This document shows, one piece after another, positions 39,462 through 49,353 of a stretch of DNA of 56,169 nucleotides. The notes under the pieces were generated by a model. The model searched no databases. It had not been told where the DNA came from and saw only the letters and a list, made by a program, of their open reading frames with translations. The DNA is taken from positions 1 to 56,169 of the IMG/VR virus record IMGVR_UViG_3300037587_000914, one strand, 5' to 3'. The stretch comes from a virus (lineage: Duplodnaviria; Caudoviricetes). The stretch's first letter is position 1, and each line of letters begins with the position of its first letter. Made by a program: the position numbers and the translations under genes.

Positions 39462-39896
39462 CTATCGTGTTTCCAGCCCGCCAATCGTTGACGTTGAACC
39501 AAAATGAGACGTCACCAGCACTCCCGACGCAAACGATGCTGCAGGATCCACGTCCGCAATCGGCAGCGGCATTTTCCCGTCCCTTATCTCTTTCAAGAGT
39601 TTGACAGCATCTCTGTAAGAGGTCTCTCTCGTTTCCGGAACCTCCTCCAGCCTACGCTTATAGATTTTATATATTGTAATATCACAGGATATCCCTCGTA
39701 TTATGGCTGGCACAGGCGCAGTAAGCGGTACGGGGTATTTGACGCCCACATAAGTATCTATCTCACCGTCTGCCAGGGCAATAGCTTCGTCTACCTTTGC
39801 CTCGTCTACCGAGTTTGCCGCAACGTCATCCGTAAGCTGGATGACTGTCACCTCGGGTATAACCTTCAGTATGTCTGTTAGTGTGCTATATGCCAT
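39462..39896 (-). CDS. Mu gp36-like (DUF1320) head-tail adaptor
   Basis: MAYST..QLTDD..ADGEIDTY..YPVPL..YRDAVKLLKEI. Confidence 0.85.
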   Translation of the reverse strand: MAYSTLTDILKVIPEVTVIQLTDDVAANSVDEAKVDEAIALADGEIDTYVGVKYPVPLTAPVPAIIRGISCDITIYKIYKRRLEEVPETRETSYRDAVKLLKEIRDGKMPLPIADVDPAASFASGVLVTSHFGSTSTIGGLETR

Positions 39897-40013
39897 TTTG
39901 ATTTACTATTTTAGATTTACGATTTTTTTTCTCAACGCAGAGGCGCGGAGAACGCAGAGAAAGGCGTTTTTTTTTAAACTTTGCGATCTTCGCGGCTTGG
40001 CGTGAGATCTTCT

Positions 40014-40361
40014 TTAATGAATTATGGATAGCCTTATTATCCAGCCCGCTGAAGCTATAAGGGCCGTGACTAACAGGCCGATGATCCACATTGTCTTTGT
40101 TATTCTGAACTGTTTTCTTGTCGCATATTTTGCACTCAATTTTTCTTTTGTTTTGTCTTCAACTACGATTGTATTTAATGTAAGAGCATGAGCATCTCTA
40201 CTGGAAAATAACTCTTTTATATCCTCTTCATGGCGCTCGATGTCTTCACCGTGGCCGTGTACCTTCTCTTCTGTCCTGATAGCCGATTCTTTAGTTTTAG
40301 TGACATCACCTTGAATATTGTCAAGCTTTTTAACAATTCGACTTATATCTTCTCCGGACAC
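40014..40361 (-). CDS. Coiled-coil protein with C-terminal TM helix (lysis-associated candidate)
   Basis: Hydrophobic C-terminus. Confidence 0.55.
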   Translation of the reverse strand: MSGEDISRIVKKLDNIQGDVTKTKESAIRTEEKVHGHGEDIERHEEDIKELFSSRDAHALTLNTIVVEDKTKEKLSAKYATRKQFRITKTMWIIGLLVTALIASAGWIIRLSIIH

Positions 40362-40380
40362 GTTCGCTCCAATTAAGCTG

Positions 40381-40632
40381 TTATCTGTCCTCAGATGCAG
40401 ACAGTTTGGTATATTCTATTTCAAGCTTTAAAAGCTCGACTTCCTTCTTCTTTTTACTGATATCATAATCCAGCTTATTGAGAACGCGCTCTTTCTTTGA
40501 GGAGACAAGACTTGTAATACCGGTGGCAAGTATGCCGATACCCCCGACCGATTCACCTGCCTTGAGTCCAAAGCAGCCACTGGAAGCCATTGCAATCATC
40601 GATATTAAGGCAATTAGAATATGCTTTTTCAT
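40381..40632 (-). CDS. Putative lipoprotein
   Basis: MKKHILIALISMIAMASSGC lipobox-like. Confidence 0.55.
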   Translation of the reverse strand: MKKHILIALISMIAMASSGCFGLKAGESVGGIGILATGITSLVSSKKERVLNKLDYDISKKKKEVELLKLEIEYTKLSASEDR

Positions 40633-40636
40633 ATCA

Positions 40637-40879
40637 CTATGATCCTTTAGGATTTATTACTTTTTCCTTAGCCTTCTGCAGCAACTTCAGGCCACCGGTA
40701 CCTAATACAGCGCCCAGATCTGTTAATGTGGGCATTGGAGCCTCGGGATTAAAACTATGGTTCAACCAGGCCACACAATAAACAATTGCAAACACGATCT
40801 GAATCGCCCTCATAGAGCTGAATTGCCCCTGTTCATCCTTCAAAAACTCCAGGAATTTATTGTCGGCTTTGTTTGCCAT
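40637..40879 (-). CDS. Holin-like small membrane protein
   Basis: FSSMR + TM + second hydrophobic segment; start MANKA. Confidence 0.55.
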   Translation of the reverse strand: MANKADNKFLEFLKDEQGQFSSMRAIQIVFAIVYCVAWLNHSFNPEAPMPTLTDLGAVLGTGGLKLLQKAKEKVINPKGS

Positions 40880-41016
40880 CTTTTTTACCCCCTCTGTGCC
40901 TTTTTTCCTTTGCGCCCTCTGCGCCTTTGCGGTGAACTTTTTTCCTTTTTGGGACGGACACATAGGTCATGCCCCTACATAAAATTCATTTAAATCTGAA
41001 ATCGTAATTCGTAAAT

Positions 41017-41169
41017 CTAAAATCCTTTTAACACCTCTACGGGATTAACAGTGTCCATATTGAGGATCATAATGGAGATTACTGCAGAAACGAGGAGGAC
41101 GGCCATTAATATCCCAATCCTTCCGATCTTCTTTGTGTCTTGTGCCAGGGTTTTTAATAATTCACCCAT
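41017..41169 (-). CDS. 50-aa single-TM ORF missed by the track
   Basis: MGELLKTLAQDTKKIGRIGILMAVLLVSAVISIMILNMD... Confidence 0.55.
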   Translation of the reverse strand: MGELLKTLAQDTKKIGRIGILMAVLLVSAVISIMILNMDTVNPVEVLKGF

Positions 41170-41180
41170 TTTAGTTTCCC

Positions 41181-41495
41181 TTAATCTATTGTTCCTGGAT
41201 ACAATGTAATGATCTTTGCCAGTGCGGATGCTTTCATATTTGCTAATTTGGATTCAAGGCTTGATCCTGGCTGCACATTAATATGCACAGTTTCACGTTT
41301 TACAGCAATGGAAACACCTGCATCTTGGTATACATGTGAAAAACTTACAGATGCAGTATTATTATCGTAATTTATATTGATTTCGTTTAATTCAATACCA
41401 TCTATACTTTCAGGCGCGGCCAATGTAATATCTTTCGCAAAGATAGCAGACGACGTAAACAATAAAGCAAATACACTGATCAATAATAACCGCAT
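41181..41495 (-). CDS. Exported protein with signal peptide
   Basis: MRLLLISVFALLFTSSAIFA. Confidence 0.65.
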   Translation of the reverse strand: MRLLLISVFALLFTSSAIFAKDITLAAPESIDGIELNEININYDNNTASVSFSHVYQDAGVSIAVKRETVHINVQPGSSLESKLANMKASALAKIITLYPGTID

Positions 41496-41496
41496 G

Positions 41497-44400
41497 TTAT
41501 TCTCCTAAAAAGTTAGCTAAATTTTTCCATTGTTTAGCCGTAATTCTTACTCCATTAAATTCAATAAATTTATTTGTTACGGCAAAGACAGGAACACGTT
41601 TCATAAGACGCTTTCCTTCCCCAACTAAATCGCCACCAACAAGATTACCAGTTCTCCAGTCTAGATCATTATCAATAGCAATGCCACTCGGATACCCAAT
41701 GTAATCTTGAAGCTCAAGAGTCCTCCACTGAGAATCTCCCTTCCTTGCCTGATAACAATAGTCGGCTCCATTTGACAATGTAAAATGATGATCGTTCCAT
41801 GTAAGTGCTGCCGTACCACAAGAACCTGTATTATCAACATCAGGAGTGACATCACCAGCCGCAGTAAAATTGCCTCCTGCAAAGAACCGAAACATATTGG
41901 TTCCGGAGTTGTCCCTAAGTCTTAAAATCTCCTCCGAATTACTATCTCCTGCTGAAACTAGAAAACCAAGTCCTCCAGTTGTGTGGAGATTGTTAATTTC
42001 CATCACGAATGATGCCACAGTATCTTGAACATCAAGCTTATAAGTCGGGGTTAGAGTTCCGATACCGACTTTGCCAGTATCGCCTCTAACGGCGAACGTA
42101 GAACTATCAATACTAAAAGTATCACCCGCAACATTTCCCATATCAATATCAAGGCCACCACCTGTCTCAACGGTTATTTGCCTTGATGCAAATAGTGTTG
42201 TGCCGCCTAGATCAAGGGATGTACCAGTAGCTATTCCTATCACTGGCGTGATAAGTGTTGGAGTATTATCAACAACAAAAGTTGAACCTGTACCAGTCTG
42301 TGAAGCAATTGATGTGGCATTACCTATTGATGTTATTGGCCCAGTCAAATTTGCATTTGTCGTTACTGTGGACGCATTACCTGTTATAGAGCCAGCTATG
42401 CTATTAGTTACTTCCAGATCAACAAACCAGCCTTTAGTAATTCTCGCACCCGTGGCCCCTATATCACCTGATGGCATCTGTAGAGTAGTTATTCCATCCA
42501 GCGTACCACCATCTATATTGACATTGGTAAGTGCCTGGCTTCCCATATCCCATGGGCCAGCCAAAGGTCTAGTGCCGCCTGTCAAGAGATAATTAGCTTC
42601 TGTGTATTCAGTAGCTGCCCCCGCTCCGTCAAATCCCGCAAATGTGGAAACCGCCCCCGTATGTCCGGATGAAGTAAAGACCAAACCGGTGAGATTGGGG
42701 TGTGCAGAAACAAGCCCCCCCACAAAAGTTGTAGTAAATGCCGAACTTATACTGGCTGCGGTTCCTGCTGATTTCTGAAAAGTAAGCCTGGCGGCTAAAG
42801 TTCCAGAAGCGGTTATTCTTGGAGGCAGAGACCCTGTTGGTGCCGTTTCTTCATCAGCTTCTGATTCTGAATTATATTGATTGCGACCGTACACCATTAA
42901 AACATGACCGTCTAATTCAATATAAAACCATAAAACCGCCCACCTGTTATTTGCCATTGTGGTCAGTGTTCCTGCATTGTCATATTGTGCATTCGGCCAT
43001 TGAGTGGCACCTGTAGCCTCTTGACCACCTATAGAATACGTATCAAACCCGCCTGAGATAGAAGTGTCTAATGCTGTGATCGTATTATCTGAGCGGCCCC
43101 ACCATAAATGACCAGCAGTTAAGGTTATATTCCTCGTTCCTGTTTCCCCGAAAATGAGACCTCCCTGTCTTTCATCTCTTATTATGCCATGGGCACGTCT
43201 CATAAACCTGCCTGCCTGCCCTATTGATTCATCTAATCTTACTCCAAGATTAAAAACAGTTTCAATAGCACCGCCTTCGTCAACGATTACGCCGATTAAT
43301 ATATTATCTTCTGCTTCAAGAAATTCATTTGTACTTAAGGTAATAGCGCCAGTATCATCAACATAGACATATTGCGCTGTATCATCTGGCACAGCAATAC
43401 CTGAAGAAGCACTCGCTTTAAACGAAACCAAAGGAGCATTACTATCTGCCGTTGTCCGTATAAGCCCTGAACCCGCAGCAACATCAAGCGTGCCTGCCCC
43501 ACCATCGGATAATGTGAAGCCTAAGAAAAATCCTGAAGAACCGGTATTATCTAAATACTCCTGAACTTGATCTATGGTTGGAGATCCCACACCAGTAGCC
43601 ACAGACACATTAGCCGCCGAAATTCCCGTTATATTAGCACCATCGAATGTGGGTGATGTACCTGATTTAACCGACTGATCAAACCAGTCATCCAGAGTTG
43701 GATTTCCGCTTAAAGTTATAGTTCTGTCGGAATCGCCTGTGGTAAGTGTAAGAGTTCTATCTGCTGTTATATCTGATCCTGGTGCGATGATTAAATCATG
43801 CGAGCCATTGGTATCAAGTATATGGAGTCCCAGGTTAGGTAGATTAATAAGTGTAGTGAAAGTCGGAGAATCGCTGAATACAGACTGAAGAGTACCGGTT
43901 TCATTACTTAATGTCCCTGCTAATTGTGCTGATGTGGTAGTCGAAAAGAAACCTAAGTTATCACTGGCATCAGCTATGGCATTACCGCCGATTGAGGTTG
44001 AAGCATTGAGGTCAAATGTTGGATCATTATTAGCGGTCAATGTAGCAAAGGGGATATACGAAGCACCATCCACATCATAAGCTGCTAATATTGCAATATC
44101 AGCAGCAGAAGTTCCTGTTCGGAAAGCTCCTGCATTGACCATAGTCAGGTTATTAGGTATATCATTTGTCCTGCCAGCACCCTGTACTAATATTCTGCCA
44201 AGTGTTGCATGGGAGCGAGTAACTGTAGCTATAAACTGAACTAAATCACCATTAGTTGTCGGTCTTACATTGGTTAAGGTTCCTACCGTAGTAGATATAT
44301 AAAGCATATCACCTACTGACCATGATTCACTGACAGGGGTTCCGGTTGTGTTTATATTCTCTACAACACCAATCTCAATAACATGCCCATTAGTATTATT

Positions 44401-45099
44401 AGCTATATCTTCCTCAACTATTCCCATTGCTGGCATAGAAGCTGCAACATTAGCATCTGCAGGCTCTATCTCCGTTCTATCTTGTCCCGCATTATAACCT
44501 GATGCATAAACAGGAGTTCCTGCAGTCAGGGGGCTACCCGAAACATTTCTTACTTTTTCATAAGTACTATCGGCATGTACCACATTGGTATCATCATCAA
44601 TTATCTTATTTGTAAGTGTTTCCGTGCCAGCAGGGGTTAAATAATCCGTTCCCGCAACCGCCTGATCTATTACGCCAGAAACATGTTTTAACAGGCAATC
44701 GGGCAAAGCGTTTAATGGTTGTTCGTTTGTTAATATTGCATCTGGGATTTGCGTAATATAAGTAGCAGTTATGGGGCCACCACCTCCGGTAGTCTCTATC
44801 CACGCCGCAGCGCCTGTTGATGAATCTACACAGACGTATTCCTTGTCGTTTGTAGTGTCTATCCATCTGGATCCAACCTCGTAACCGGATGTACCGTCAT
44901 CGTTAACTGTAGGAGTGGCTGTCTTTGAAAACTCCGCTTTTTTAGACGACAACGTGGCAGGATCCATGTTGGCTGCGGTTATCGTGTCATCCTTTATCTG
45001 CGTACCCCTTATCTTCTTTGCCGCATAAGAGGTATGGCATATACCTGCAATCATAAAGACCGTAAACATCAGCCAGGTAATCAAAGACAATCTTTTCAT
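41497..45099 (-). CDS. Large fibre/adhesin-like protein with N-terminal signal peptide
   Basis: T/G/S-rich; GKVGIGTLTP and TLTNK fibre motifs; MKRLSLITWLMFTVFMIAGICHTSYA. Confidence 0.75.
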   Translation of the reverse strand: MKRLSLITWLMFTVFMIAGICHTSYAAKKIRGTQIKDDTITAANMDPATLSSKKAEFSKTATPTVNDDGTSGYEVGSRWIDTTNDKEYVCVDSSTGAAAWIETTGGGGPITATYITQIPDAILTNEQPLNALPDCLLKHVSGVIDQAVAGTDYLTPAGTETLTNKIIDDDTNVVHADSTYEKVRNVSGSPLTAGTPVYASGYNAGQDRTEIEPADANVAASMPAMGIVEEDIANNTNGHVIEIGVVENINTTGTPVSESWSVGDMLYISTTVGTLTNVRPTTNGDLVQFIATVTRSHATLGRILVQGAGRTNDIPNNLTMVNAGAFRTGTSAADIAILAAYDVDGASYIPFATLTANNDPTFDLNASTSIGGNAIADASDNLGFFSTTTSAQLAGTLSNETGTLQSVFSDSPTFTTLINLPNLGLHILDTNGSHDLIIAPGSDITADRTLTLTTGDSDRTITLSGNPTLDDWFDQSVKSGTSPTFDGANITGISAANVSVATGVGSPTIDQVQEYLDNTGSSGFFLGFTLSDGGAGTLDVAAGSGLIRTTADSNAPLVSFKASASSGIAVPDDTAQYVYVDDTGAITLSTNEFLEAEDNILIGVIVDEGGAIETVFNLGVRLDESIGQAGRFMRRAHGIIRDERQGGLIFGETGTRNITLTAGHLWWGRSDNTITALDTSISGGFDTYSIGGQEATGATQWPNAQYDNAGTLTTMANNRWAVLWFYIELDGHVLMVYGRNQYNSESEADEETAPTGSLPPRITASGTLAARLTFQKSAGTAASISSAFTTTFVGGLVSAHPNLTGLVFTSSGHTGAVSTFAGFDGAGAATEYTEANYLLTGGTRPLAGPWDMGSQALTNVNIDGGTLDGITTLQMPSGDIGATGARITKGWFVDLEVTNSIAGSITGNASTVTTNANLTGPITSIGNATSIASQTGTGSTFVVDNTPTLITPVIGIATGTSLDLGGTTLFASRQITVETGGGLDIDMGNVAGDTFSIDSSTFAVRGDTGKVGIGTLTPTYKLDVQDTVASFVMEINNLHTTGGLGFLVSAGDSNSEEILRLRDNSGTNMFRFFAGGNFTAAGDVTPDVDNTGSCGTAALTWNDHHFTLSNGADYCYQARKGDSQWRTLELQDYIGYPSGIAIDNDLDWRTGNLVGGDLVGEGKRLMKRVPVFAVTNKFIEFNGVRITAKQWKNLANFLGE

Positions 45100-45185
45100 A
45101 TTTATTCTCATTTGATTAAGGGCGAACACATAGGTACGCCCCTACGTTAAAATCCTTAAATCCTTAAATCCCTCAATTCCTAAAT

Positions 45186-45494
45186 CTATAGATACTTTGC
45201 CCTTAGAACATCAGGATCTGCACCGCCTATGGGTGCCTCTATCATTGTTATCTGATTTGTAGACAGCGTATAATCATCACCCTCCCACAGAAGCAACCCG
45301 TTAAGGTAAAGGTCTAGTGAGTCGGTTATCGGCGTTTGAGTTAAAGTAAACACCAGATTGACCCCGTTAATAGCGCCGGATGGCGTTTCTTTAAAAAACG
45401 TAACCGCATGAGCTTCGTTCCAATTACTGGGGCGCACGATAGTATCGTCAGGGCCATCTGCTTTTGGATTGTTAAACGCATGTATAATTCCCAT
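45186..45494 (-). CDS. Small virion/fibre-associated beta protein
   Basis: ETPSGAINGVNLVFTL..LYLNGL..GDDYT. Confidence 0.65.
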   Translation of the reverse strand: MGIIHAFNNPKADGPDDTIVRPSNWNEAHAVTFFKETPSGAINGVNLVFTLTQTPITDSLDLYLNGLLLWEGDDYTLSTNQITMIEAPIGGADPDVLRAKYL

Positions 45495-45497
45495 AAA

Positions 45498-45839
45498 TCA
45501 AAACTTCCTCGCGTTTACGATGACCTCGTAGTTTTCCGGATAAGCTGAAATAATCCCCAATGCGCTAGACACATAGAACACCGCTTTATACGGCGAATTG
45601 GTTGAGACAAAAGTAGCTGCTACACGTGAAAATTTGACCCTGCCGTTGGCCGCATCTTCTATGGCAAGAAGCGGACTGGCGTCATTGGTCTTGTGGCTGA
45701 CAATAGCATCGTCTTTCCCCTTTATCCTGATCTCTACATACGTAACACCAACTAACGACACAAAAGAGCTATTCAGCAATAATTCAAAGCTTATGGGGTC
45801 ATCTGTACCATCCCTTACTATTACGGTTGTATTGGCCAT
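45498..45839 (-). CDS. BppU N-terminal-like Ig domain protein
   Basis: RDGTDDPISFEL..IEDAANGRVKF. Confidence 0.55.
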   Translation of the reverse strand: MANTTVIVRDGTDDPISFELLLNSSFVSLVGVTYVEIRIKGKDDAIVSHKTNDASPLLAIEDAANGRVKFSRVAATFVSTNSPYKAVFYVSSALGIISAYPENYEVIVNARKF

Positions 45840-45844
45840 TTAAT

Positions 45845-45997
45845 TTATTCTCGAACATACTCTCTGACATTTGTATCTCTACCCACCACAATAATGTCCT
45901 TATTAGCAAGGACAATGTTCACATCCCTGATATCTTTGTACGTTAAAGGTCCAACCTGGAAAGCATCTACCTGAAAAGCATCTGTCTGGAATGCCAT
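45845..45997 (-). CDS. 50-aa ORF missed by the track, with AFQxD repeats
   Basis: MAFQTDAFQVDAFQVG... Confidence 0.6.
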   Translation of the reverse strand: MAFQTDAFQVDAFQVGPLTYKDIRDVNIVLANKDIIVVGRDTNVREYVRE

Positions 45998-46030
45998 GTT
46001 TATTTAATCCCTTATTCCATACTTACTTTT

Positions 46031-46170
46031 GTCATTCCCGTAGTCTGTTGAGCGGGAATCTAAGTGACTAAAGTGAACTAAAGTTTAAAGTGCCTAAAGT
46101 TATGGCAAAAGATAAATCTTTTATTCTTTTAACTTTAGGCACTTTAGATCACTTCAAAGCTTCACACTTC
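46031..46170. repeat. GTCATTCCCG..CGGGAATCT palindrome followed by AAAGTG inverted-arm element
   Basis: Directly after the capsid stop; could act as a terminator. Confidence 0.8.
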
Positions 46171-46172
46171 TT

Positions 46173-47132
46173 TTACGACAATGCGCATTTCCTGAACTGC
46201 TTCTTCTGGCCGATTATGCCGTTGTATCCACCTGTTGATACGTGAGCGGCACCAAGGACCAACTCATTACGCTGAGGAGGTCTCAGGTTCAGATCTTCCC
46301 ACTCGCCACGCTGATTCTTATCGCCTGGCAGGACTACCCAGTAGTGTGTATTTGCCATCTTCGTCGTGCTGATCACCGTGTCGATGTTGTACACAATCTG
46401 ATTGCTATTGGCATTCGGGCTCACAAAAGAGGAGGCTATCGCCTGAAATATCCTGCCCCTTAATATGGGATTGCAGACGATGGCAAATGTTGAGTTCTCG
46501 TCTACGTCATGCCCCACTGCTTCGAGGTCGATTAGTATGTTCGCACATGCCTTATTTATTGTGTTAACGTCAGATGTGTCAAATGCCTGGTCTATGCTTG
46601 TCAAAGCTGTAATCAGCGCGTAGAATATAGTTGCTTTCTTGTCCCACCATCTACGGACGGTTGCAGAAGCAAGCGCGTCTATTTTGTAATACTGGTTAAA
46701 CCTGATCCAGTCATCCAGCACGTTGAACCCGCCTGTAAACCTTAGCATGGCAACGTTAGTCTTCGCTGATGTCGGCAGTTTGGAGAGCTTCGCCTCTTCG
46801 CCCTCAAGCTGCTGGTAGAAGGTTACACCGCCGCTTACATCAAGCACATCGAATGTGTTGTTCGTGCTCGTGCGCATGTCCACCTCGTCAAAGAGGAATT
46901 CATATCCTCTGTCAGGTGATTTAATGGTATTCGCCTGAACAAGCGAAACAGGTATAGTACCCATGAGATTCGAATCAGAACCCACAAACTTGTCGCCGCT
47001 TACTCTCGTAACAGGACCGTCGTGAACCTCCTTCATGAAGTGGTTCAGGGCGCCGATAATGGCATCCTTCCTATCCTCCACTGGGATCTCTTCGATCCTT
47101 TTCCAGTCAAAAATTTTCTTTCCGTATAACAT
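46173..47132 (-). CDS. Major capsid protein
   Basis: Synteny after protease and cement; 319 aa; GGAGG RBS. Confidence 0.7.
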   Translation of the reverse strand: MLYGKKIFDWKRIEEIPVEDRKDAIIGALNHFMKEVHDGPVTRVSGDKFVGSDSNLMGTIPVSLVQANTIKSPDRGYEFLFDEVDMRTSTNNTFDVLDVSGGVTFYQQLEGEEAKLSKLPTSAKTNVAMLRFTGGFNVLDDWIRFNQYYKIDALASATVRRWWDKKATIFYALITALTSIDQAFDTSDVNTINKACANILIDLEAVGHDVDENSTFAIVCNPILRGRIFQAIASSFVSPNANSNQIVYNIDTVISTTKMANTHYWVVLPGDKNQRGEWEDLNLRPPQRNELVLGAAHVSTGGYNGIIGQKKQFRKCALS

Positions 47133-47241
47133 TCTACGTTCCCTCCTTTTTATAATTGCGTTGTAGGGGCGAACCTATGTGTTCGCCCTGTTTGTTAATA
47201 TGTGTTTGCCCTGTTTGTTAGGATGTATTCACCGTTTTAGT

Positions 47242-47853
47242 TTATGTCACAGCTCTGACTAATGTGTAGTCCAGAATATGGTCAGTACTTGGATCCGCAC
47301 TCATCACAACGTCGATCTGTCCTGATGCGGCCTGCGCATCTAATATCGTCACCGGAGTAGCGCCCCTGTCGTTCAATGTTACATGACAGACGTCTGTCGC
47401 CAGTGCACCGGCAATAGTGATAGTCTCGTTCGCATCGCCGCCTGCAGTTGTGAATGAAGCGGCTGCTATAATTATGTGCGTCTGTACAACTCCGGCGGCA
47501 GATATAACGTCCAGCTTCGGTTCCAGCCACATGACGACGTGAGTATCTGCACTGGCAGCATCCTCAAGGCAGTAACCGCACTGCGTGTTGCCGGCGGCTG
47601 ACTTATTGATTTCGTCGTCTGCCACATCAAAATAAACTTTATCGTGCGCGTTGATAGCCAACGATGTATTCTTGGGCATCGAAACCTTACCCTTGTATAC
47701 ATAAGCGTTGTCTGCCGCTGCGTCAGCGGCATTGACTGCAATCAATATCGCACCGTTATTCAAAATTATCTGGCCCAGCGTAACGGCGGAACTATCATCG
47801 TGTTTAATAGTCCTTAAGTTGGGTATAACGTCCATAGGTATTCCGATTGCCAT
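47242..47853 (-). CDS. DUF2190-like capsid cement/decoration protein with C-terminal extension
   Basis: AINAHDKVYFD..GNTQCGYCLEDA. Confidence 0.7.
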   Translation of the reverse strand: MAIGIPMDVIPNLRTIKHDDSSAVTLGQIILNNGAILIAVNAADAAADNAYVYKGKVSMPKNTSLAINAHDKVYFDVADDEINKSAAGNTQCGYCLEDAASADTHVVMWLEPKLDVISAAGVVQTHIIIAAASFTTAGGDANETITIAGALATDVCHVTLNDRGATPVTILDAQAASGQIDVVMSADPSTDHILDYTLVRAVT

Positions 47854-48007
47854 GATCTTGCCTCCTTTTTGTTATTTGGTTAATTGGTTCTTTGCCGGCT
47901 CAATCTTTTAGATTGAGCCGAAACATTTTATCTTGTGTTCTTGTATAATTAAGGGCAAACACACAGGATTGCCACCTTGTCCTCGGCGCCTTTTGTCCGG
48001 GGAACAT

Positions 48008-49264
48008 TTATTTCTTGCTATCTGTATTGGGGATCAATACGTTCTCTTTCTCCCCATCCTTAGACTTGTCCCTGCTATCATCACCTTCTGTCTGCGATTT
48101 GTTAGGGAATGCAACTTCCATCCTCTTCTGAAGACTCTTATTCTCATTCTTCAGATAGTCAATAGGATGATTCTCCACGACAGCCTTTACACCCTTCTGA
48201 TCTTCTTCTGACTCGCCGATATCTTTAAGCGCGGCCTTCATCCTGATGTTGTCCTTAACCAGCTCCTGCCTGAAAGCCTTGCCGTCAGCAGCAAGCGGGT
48301 CGAGTTCGGATATCTTCGTTTCGAGTTCCGTTATTTTGGTTTCCTTCACCTTGATCTGCGTATCGGCTTTTGTGCCGGCAGCACCAATCAACGCCTTAAT
48401 CTCGTCAGCAATGCCATCCTCTGTGAAGAGAGTTTTAAACTCCTTAGACAATTTTTCTAAAAACGCTTTTAAGTCCATGCTGTCCTTACCTCCTTTTTCG
48501 TTGTTAACATTATTTTCTATATCTTTTACCTGCTGCTCATCACTACCGGTCTCATCCTTATGGGAAGTGAGCCAGGAATTTAAATTCTGTGCCTTTTCGC
48601 CGTCATGTAGATATGACTGCGCAACCTTATAAGCCACCCTGTCAATATCCTTCTGCGAAGTTGCCCCCTGCTGTGCTCCGAGATAAACGATAGAGCCTTC
48701 CCTCGCCTCACCTGGAGCAACATATTCAAAATACAATACCTGGTCGAATTCACCTTTAACCGCTTTAAAATCGGTAGCAGTAAAGCCGATTGACCTGTGG
48801 CGATAAATGCCCCCGGAAAGGTTATCTATCAGCTTCTGGTTCCACTCCTTCCTGAGTGTGTAGATCCACGCAAAAATAACTTTCGCCTTATCAATCTCGT
48901 CAGGAAGCCGTATCTCCTCTCCCGTGATCTCTTTAAACTGCTCCTTTGATATCTCTTCCGTTTTAGCATCGAAATAGAGACCGATAGGAAGCCGGCTCCT
49001 GTCATGTACCTCAAGGAATGATTTCCCCGGCAGCGTCCGGGCGTAATCATCTAACAGATCTTCAGGAAAGCGTTCCCTGTCGCGGTCTATACCGTTATGT
49101 GCCAACAGCTCTTTTTGTACGTATATATCGCCTGCCGCAAGAGTCTCCTGCGCATATTTACTATTAATGATATCCAGCATATCCGGCGTAACATCAGCAC
49201 CCTTAATGGACACAAGCCCGGTCTGCTTGTAATATGTTTTGTTTTTATCTTTATTCTTTTTCAT
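48008..49264 (-). CDS. Prohead protease fused to scaffold
   Basis: DRDRERF, GKSFLEVHD, SIGF, EGSIVYLGAQ; coiled-coil C-terminus. Confidence 0.75.
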   Translation of the reverse strand: MKKNKDKNKTYYKQTGLVSIKGADVTPDMLDIINSKYAQETLAAGDIYVQKELLAHNGIDRDRERFPEDLLDDYARTLPGKSFLEVHDRSRLPIGLYFDAKTEEISKEQFKEITGEEIRLPDEIDKAKVIFAWIYTLRKEWNQKLIDNLSGGIYRHRSIGFTATDFKAVKGEFDQVLYFEYVAPGEAREGSIVYLGAQQGATSQKDIDRVAYKVAQSYLHDGEKAQNLNSWLTSHKDETGSDEQQVKDIENNVNNEKGGKDSMDLKAFLEKLSKEFKTLFTEDGIADEIKALIGAAGTKADTQIKVKETKITELETKISELDPLAADGKAFRQELVKDNIRMKAALKDIGESEEDQKGVKAVVENHPIDYLKNENKSLQKRMEVAFPNKSQTEGDDSRDKSKDGEKENVLIPNTDSKK

Positions 49265-49353
49265 ATCTGATTGTATTTGTACGGACGAACCTCGCGTCCT
49301 CGGCGCTTTTCAGTCCGGGGAATGTGTTCGCCCTTGTCCGGATGCCCTACGGA

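Noticed and set aside
29247-45099. Diversity-generating retroelement acting on fibre genes
   Set aside because: No reverse transcriptase and no adenine-specific TR/VR pair seen
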